Source: an uncultured delta proteobacterium
GTDB taxonomy: Bacteria > Desulfobacterota > Desulfomonilia > Desulfomonilales > Desulfomonilaceae
Direction of reading: 5' to 3'
NCBI GenBank assembly: GCA_963789265.1
Contig: CAWBKB010000001.1
Coordinates: 2,208,001 to 2,272,000 of the forward strand
Length of the DNA stretch: 64,000 bases
A program made the position numbers and the translations under genes. Below are positions 58,439 to 64,000 of the stretch, piece after piece. The notes beneath the pieces are model-generated. The model was not told the origin of the DNA, searched no databases, and worked only from the letters and a program-made list of their open reading frames with translations. Numbering within the stretch: the stretch's first letter is position 1; each line of letters opens with the position of its first letter.

Positions 58439-60048
58439 GGGTGCCGCTACTTTCTGTCAGGAGTTATGCGGCACGCGGTAGTTCTTGATCCCGGATCTCG
58501 GGAGAGTTTGTATCTTCGATGCCGTAGAGGCGTCGCCTCTCCGATCTTCGTCTATAATTCCAAAAGAGATCCCAGTCGTTGTTGATGTGAACGGCCCTCA
58601 GGTGGATCATGCTTTCCGCTCCATGGATCGTCCAACTCATCCCCGTGAGTTCCAATCTGTCGTTGATGAGGTTGCGACATGCTCCTTCAATGACCCCGCT
58701 GCCGATGGGATAGCCTTTTGCCAAGCAGATTTCGTACCGCATGTGCTTGCGGTTTCGTTGGAGATACCCGATGACTTGTTCGATGCAATGTTTCTTGGCG
58801 CCGGAGAGTTCCTGCTTGGTTAGCATCTGCTTGAGCCCGCCGATAAGCCTGCCGGCCCTGCCGCCCAGGAGCATTCTCAATCTCTCCGTCACGAATTCTC
58901 TGGCTTGCGGGCTGCCCTCGTCATAAAAGCAAAGAGCGGCTTTCCCCAAGTGTTCCAGGACGTGAAAGATGTCCAGCACGAAAAAGGCTGCAGGAAAATA
59001 TGCGCATACCAGTGCCCAGAGAGAACGCTCTCCGTCCAGGATACAGACCAGCTCGTTACCTTTCGGCAATCGCTGTTCGACAGCCTTCTTCAGGCGGGCC
59101 ACCGTCTTTTCCGAACCATCGGTGAGGCTGCCCCACGTAAGCTTGTCCTGGGGTTTGGGCCTGGAATCGAAACTACCCTCGTCCGATACCTCACGGACAA
59201 TGTCGTCCTCCGTGCGGACGTAACGTGGAGTGACGTAGGTGGAGATCACGGTTGCCATCTTCTTCTTTCCGGGCTTGTCGGGATCAACGGAGACCCTCTC
59301 GGGACCGGCCCCGCCTTCCTGGGGCTTACGAATAACCACCCCCTTCTTGTCTACGGTAGCGACCGTTACCACAGCATCCGGACAAAGATCCGGCGGGGCC
59401 TTCTCTGCGTAGTATCGATCCACCTCGTCGCAGACGTCTCCCACAATGCTCTCCAGTGAACGAATTGGCATCCTTACGGGAAAGAAGGAACGAAAAATCT
59501 CCTCCGCATCCTCGTAGCTCATCGAAACCGCAAGCCGGGAAGAGAACTCCTGAACCAGGTATGAATAGCCTCTCTCAGGCAAGTTGATCTCTCCATCCAA
59601 AGGAAAGACTCCCGGTGAGCCGGTTGCGTGATAGTAGGCTCTCCGGATGGATATCGTTCCAAAGATGGACCGATATGCACATCCCCTGTCACGAACATAT
59701 GGCAATCGATGGCCCTGGGGTTCGATGATCTCCTTGCCGGCATATCCGGTCCCCTTTTCAGACACAAATTCTTCAAGAGCCGCTTTCCCGACCGCCATCA
59801 CCATGGGAAGAAGCTGCCTTTCTACTTCCCCGATTTCCATTCCTTGCGCTGACTCTCGCACAAAGGCGAGAATCTCATTGACCAGCGAGATTATGTTCGG
59901 TATTCCTTGTTCCATATCCGGTCCTCCCCAGCGGATACATCGTTCGCCAAACGTCATGTACCCCATAAGAGGACCGGAAACCACTCCTTTCTCCGTGCTA
60001 TCTACTCGTTTTTACTTGAGCCACTCATGACAAGAAATCGCGGCACCC
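58439..60048 (-). mobile_element. ISKra4-family insertion sequence (1610 bp)
   Basis: 26-bp imperfect TIRs (21/26) starting GGGTGCCGC; 9-bp TSD CTTTCTTAT at 58430-58438 and 60049-60057. Confidence 0.9.
58464..59915 (-). CDS. ISKra4 family DDE transposase
   Basis: S.FG...I.R.YY, DG...LW, LD.FH..E.L, G.PIGSG..E.AC. Confidence 0.9.
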   Translation of the reverse strand: MEQGIPNIISLVNEILAFVRESAQGMEIGEVERQLLPMVMAVGKAALEEFVSEKGTGYAGKEIIEPQGHRLPYVRDRGCAYRSIFGTISIRRAYYHATGSPGVFPLDGEINLPERGYSYLVQEFSSRLAVSMSYEDAEEIFRSFFPVRMPIRSLESIVGDVCDEVDRYYAEKAPPDLCPDAVVTVATVDKKGVVIRKPQEGGAGPERVSVDPDKPGKKKMATVISTYVTPRYVRTEDDIVREVSDEGSFDSRPKPQDKLTWGSLTDGSEKTVARLKKAVEQRLPKGNELVCILDGERSLWALVCAYFPAAFFVLDIFHVLEHLGKAALCFYDEGSPQAREFVTERLRMLLGGRAGRLIGGLKQMLTKQELSGAKKHCIEQVIGYLQRNRKHMRYEICLAKGYPIGSGVIEGACRNLINDRLELTGMSWTIHGAESMIHLRAVHINNDWDLFWNYRRRSERRRLYGIEDTNSPEIRDQELPRAA

Positions 60049-60517
60049 CTTTCTTATGCATGCTTCCGCTTAGGCGGGGAACTCGAGCAACTCCGGCACT
60101 GTCACCACCGAGCGCCAGGCACCTATGCGTACGCCCCTACGTGGTGATTTTCTTGCGTTAGACGGATTACAAGCAATTTACCTCTTTTCTTCCGCCCTAC
60201 TTTATAGCTCCAAATAACACTCGGCCTAAAATGTTCGCCAATTTGGCTCATTCCCCAATTTAGCCCTTTAGTCTGTAGATGCACCGATGGCAAAGAAGGT
60301 TCTCAGGTTTCTTCTGCGAGGCTTGTTGCCTGGTCTCTCATGAGTGGCATTGAAGGGGGAAAGGGGTCAGAAAGGGGTCAAGTCTGTTCTTGACTCATCA
60401 CTGCAGGCAATGCGCCGAAATGTAGCTTGGAAATGGGTGACCCCTTCTCATGACCGCTTCTTTCATGCCGACAGGGACTTCCGTCCCGAGCAAGGCCTCG
60501 GCGAATGGTCCCATACC

Positions 60518-61532
60518 TCACATGGTCAGGACAACGCGGAATTCTGCTTTCCCGCTCATCATGCGAGCGTAGCCTTCTGCCGCTTTCAGGAGCGGGTACT
60601 TTTCGATCATCGGGCGCACGCCGGTCATTTCCGCGAAGCGCAGCGTGTCTTCAGAGTCAGTTGGGGTCCCACTCGCCCAGCCGAGAATTCGCTTCTTGCC
60701 CGTAATCAACTGAATGGGCGACACCTCGATCGGATCCATCGAGATTCCTACAACCAGCAGTGTGCCATTCGCGCCTAGGCCCCCGATCAGCGCCGACATC
60801 GATTTCCCGCTGGGTGCCGTGGCAAGAATCACGCGCGCGCCGCCGAGTTTCTGCAGCTCGGCCGCGGCATCGGTGGCGACGCTGTCGATATAGAGATCCG
60901 CTCCAAGCTTTTTTGCGAGCGCAGCGTTGTCCGCTCCATGGCTTATTGCCGCCACTCGATAGCCAAATTTGTTAGCGAACTGAATTCCCAAGTGGCCCAG
61001 CCCGCCAATGCCCTGGATGGCTACAAGATCGCTTGGCAGCGCACCACTATGACGGAGAGCATTGAACGTGGTAATTCCGGCGCACATCAGCGGCGCGGCT
61101 TCGGCGGCATCGAGCGATTCAGGCATGCGGGCCAACGCGTCGACCGGCGCGACCATGAATTCCTGATAACCGCCGTCGTAGCTGATTCCGCAAACCTTCG
61201 CATTCGCACAGTTCACGAAATCCCCCCTCCTGCACGCGGGACAAGTGCCGTCCTGGCCGCCATGCCAGCCTACGCCGACGCGTTCGCCCTTCTTCCAATC
61301 CTTCACACCGGCTCCGACTTCGTCGATCACGCCAGCCACTTCGTGTCCGGGCACGCGCGGATACGAAATGCCTGGAAAGAGGCCTTCTTTAGTCATTACA
61401 TCACTGTGACAGACTCCACATGCTTGAACGCGGATCCTCACATGTCCCGAACCGGGCTCCGGGATTTCGCGTTCCACGACTTCGAAGTCCGCTCCCGGCC
61501 CAGGGTACTTGCACCGCTTTCATTCTTGCCAT
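60518..61532 (-). pseudogene. Zn-dependent alcohol dehydrogenase with a one-base frameshift near codon 10-11
   Basis: AGGAGG RBS, MARMKAVQVP, then shift to PGADFEVVERE; CHSD, GHE, GIGGLG. Confidence 0.85.
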
Positions 61533-61566
61533 TTGCTGTTCCTCCTTACTCCTTATCTGCCCCCGC

Positions 61567-61700
61567 CTACGCCCTGAAGAACTCGAGCAGATCCGTGTTA
61601 ACCTGATCCTTGTGGGTCGAGCACAGTCCATGCGGCGCTCCCGGATAGATTTTCAGGGTGGGGCCCTTGACGATCTCGGAAGAGAGCAGGGCTGACGCGC
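61567..61700 (-). pseudogene. C-terminal remnant of a non-heme haloperoxidase-like alpha/beta hydrolase
   Basis: [42 protein letters not shown]; no upstream gene body. Confidence 0.75.
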
Positions 61701-62160
61701 GTAACCATTAGTGCCCAGACAGTGTTTCTCTCACGCTGCTTGAAATCGTAGCAATTTTCTCTTGTTCCGAACTAATTGACGGCTCTCGAATTCACTGGGA
61801 CCAAAATTATCCACAACTTGGCCTATTCGTCATTTAGTCGTTTAGATGCTCCAATGAGAAAAAGGTTCTCAGACCGGAAATTGACTACTTGTCGCCGCTA
61901 TCCCGTTCCTTTGTTGTGAAGGGATCTTGGTCAACCTCATGAGAATATTTCGCGCATTTAAAGTGGTTGACCTTGCGCTACACCTTCATCGAAGGTTTGG
62001 AGCGACAATATTCCAGCTCGATTGAGCGTCAGGCTGTTTGTCGCTGGAGTGCTTCCGCAGCCTGAGTCGATGTGATAGATCTTTGCCGTACATTTCTCTT
62101 TGCGGTTTCAAGCAGGAGGATACAGGGGACCTGCCCGAGTGCCACCCACAAGAGGTACAA

Positions 62161-63231
62161 ATGGAAATCATTAACGAATTGCTGGCCCGCATCGGAATTA
62201 CTATGGAAGGAGCCCTCGTCCAGGGTGCGATTGCCATTGCGTTGGCAACGCTCGTCGCTGCCCGGTTGATCCGGGTTCTTGGAAACCGAGCAGTACGAGC
62301 CGTATGCCGCTGGTCGGGGCATGAGATAGAGGGACGGCTCCTCGAAATCATCCATCTACCGCTGTGGGTAACCATCGTCCTGCTAGGCGTCCTCACAGAG
62401 ATCCACTGGCTTAAGCCCTCGCCGGCCGCAGATTTTGCGATAGCCGGGGCAGCAAAGACAGGTCTCGCCATCATGTGGGCCGTGGCTCTGGGTCGCATTC
62501 TCTCCTTGTTCTGCAGCCGATTCAGCCAATCAAATCCTCACGTGGCGGAGGTCTTTCGTCTCACCGAGAACATCGGTATGGCACTCATCTGCATCATGGG
62601 GGTGCTCGCGGTCCTGTCGGTTTGGCAGGTCAATCTCACACCATTTCTCGCATCCGCCGGTTTGGCGGGAGTCATTGTCGCCTTGGCCGCCAAGGACACT
62701 TTAGCCAACTTCTTCGGCGGCATTAACGTGTTTCTCGATAGACCCTTCAGAACGGGCGATTACATAGTGCTGAATTCAGGTGAACGTGGGGAGGTTGTGC
62801 ACATCGGACTTAGGAGCACCAAAATCATCACCAGGGATGACATCCTCGTTACTATTCCGAACGCAGTCATGGCCAATTCGAAAATTGTGAACGAAAGCGC
62901 TCCTGACCCGAAGTTCCGGGTAAGGACAAGCGTCTCCGTGTCGTACAGTTCCGACGCAGACCAGGTGGAAGCGCTTCTATTGAAGGTGGCTCGAGAAAAT
63001 CCCCTGGTCACCGATCAACCAGGCCCGAGGGTACGATTCCGGGCATTTGGAGAATCGGGACTTGAATTCGACCTCCTGTGCTGGATCCACGAATCCAGAC
63101 AGAAAGGAAGGGCGCTGCACGAAGTCAACCGTGCGATTCTCACAGAATTCAACCGAGCCGGGATCATGTTCTCGGTGCCCCAACGAGACATTTATCTGCA
63201 CCAGCGGGCGCAGCCGTCGGAGACTCAGTGA
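62161..63231 (+). CDS. MscS family mechanosensitive channel
   Basis: LAAKDTLANFFGG, PF..GD.I, IGLRST, IPN. Confidence 0.92.
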   Translation: MEIINELLARIGITMEGALVQGAIAIALATLVAARLIRVLGNRAVRAVCRWSGHEIEGRLLEIIHLPLWVTIVLLGVLTEIHWLKPSPAADFAIAGAAKTGLAIMWAVALGRILSLFCSRFSQSNPHVAEVFRLTENIGMALICIMGVLAVLSVWQVNLTPFLASAGLAGVIVALAAKDTLANFFGGINVFLDRPFRTGDYIVLNSGERGEVVHIGLRSTKIITRDDILVTIPNAVMANSKIVNESAPDPKFRVRTSVSVSYSSDADQVEALLLKVARENPLVTDQPGPRVRFRAFGESGLEFDLLCWIHESRQKGRALHEVNRAILTEFNRAGIMFSVPQRDIYLHQRAQPSETQ

Positions 63232-63314
63232 GATTTCGGTCCATCCGACCAATACACAAAAAAAGAATAGTTCATCGCAGAGACGCAGAAGCCATGTCGC
63301 TCTTAGAGTTGACC

Positions 63315-63755
63315 TTACTCAACCGCTTTCTTTACCAGATCCCCAATCCCGGAGATATTTTTCATCAATTGCTCTGGAAGGCCATGCCGCTCCTTGAGAT
63401 ATTCAGGTGCGTTATACGTCAACCAGACTTTTCCGTTTGCGTCTTCCCACGCGAGGGCCTTCAACGGGAAGTCAATCGCTACGGTGGGCGAGGCAATCAT
63501 CAAAGGAGTCCCTGCCTTGGGGTTGCCAAAGATCAATAGCTGAGCGAGGTGCATCTTGAGCCCCACCTTCTCGGCATCTCCGCTAAAGTTGACACGCGCA
63601 AAGACGGTCAAACCGTGTTTCTTGACGATAGACTCGAGTCTGTCCAGAGTCTCGGGCACAGAATAATTGCTTGGAACATTGACGAGTCCGTTATCTGCCG
63701 CGGGCGCCGGCGGAATGAAACCCATCAGCAGTAGAGCAAGGGACCATAATTTCAT
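63315..63755 (-). CDS. Secreted DUF302 domain protein
   Basis: Signal peptide; FGNPK.GTPLM, D.PLK.L.WED. Confidence 0.88.
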   Translation of the reverse strand: MKLWSLALLLMGFIPPAPAADNGLVNVPSNYSVPETLDRLESIVKKHGLTVFARVNFSGDAEKVGLKMHLAQLLIFGNPKAGTPLMIASPTVAIDFPLKALAWEDANGKVWLTYNAPEYLKERHGLPEQLMKNISGIGDLVKKAVE

Positions 63756-63775
63756 GATACACTCAGTTGACCTCC

Positions 63776-64000
63776 TTATCCGGTGTCCATCGCTGTAAAC
63801 AGATTATTCAGCGCTTCGGCCAAAGTGGGATGGGCAAAAATGCCGTCGCGCAAGGATGTGTAGGGTAGTCGGCCCATCATGGCAACCTCGAAGACCGCCA
63901 TGATCTCACCGCCCTCAATGCCCAGCACGGCTGCGCCGAGTATCTCCTCAGTGTTAACATCCACCACGGCCTTGATGAAGCCGCTAGTCTCGTCCACTTC
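63776..64000 (-). CDS. C-terminus of a pyridine nucleotide-disulfide oxidoreductase (MerA/RclA-like), truncated by window edge
   Basis: ILGA..LG..GGE, HPTLAE.LN dimerisation motif. Confidence 0.85.
   Translation of the reverse strand, partial: EVDETSGFIKAVVDVNTEEILGAAVLGIEGGEIMAVFEVAMMGRLPYTSLRDGIFAHPTLAEALNNLFTAMDTG

Noticed and set aside
1..64000. CRISPR array, tRNA or rRNA genes
   Set aside because: No regularly spaced repeat-spacer pattern, cas genes or cloverleaf/rRNA-like sequence seen; the repeats are dispersed palindromes.

Overview
A ~64 kb chromosomal segment from an anaerobic deltaproteobacterium; the gene style resembles Desulfomonile, which is an inference. Contents in order: the end of a 2-oxoacid:ferredoxin oxidoreductase operon; a TetR-controlled lactonase/dehydratase/aldolase/TPP-enzyme cluster with two palindromic operators; msrAB; a complete cobalamin-dependent methyltransferase module (THF methyltransferase, two corrinoid proteins, two URO-D/MtaA-like enzymes, RACE activator, DUF1638, GntR); a porin-like protein; a sigma-54-driven tusA-mvhD-hdrA-hdrA-wHTH-qmoC-like-dsrE2-arsR-dsrE operon with no apr/hdrB genes; a 2.87 kb IS1595-family element (perfect 24-bp TIRs, 8-bp TSD) carrying an HNH nuclease and other passengers; an acyl-CoA dehydrogenase with two sigma-54 promoters; decaying toxin-antitoxin loci; a redox/detox gene island with a MarR operator pair; and an ISKra4 element (9-bp TSD). 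Intergenic DNA is dense with REP/MITE-like repeats. At least four otherwise intact genes carry single-base frameshifts, which may be real decay or assembly error. No rRNA, tRNA or CRISPR array was seen. All calls come from reading the sequence by eye; no searches were run.
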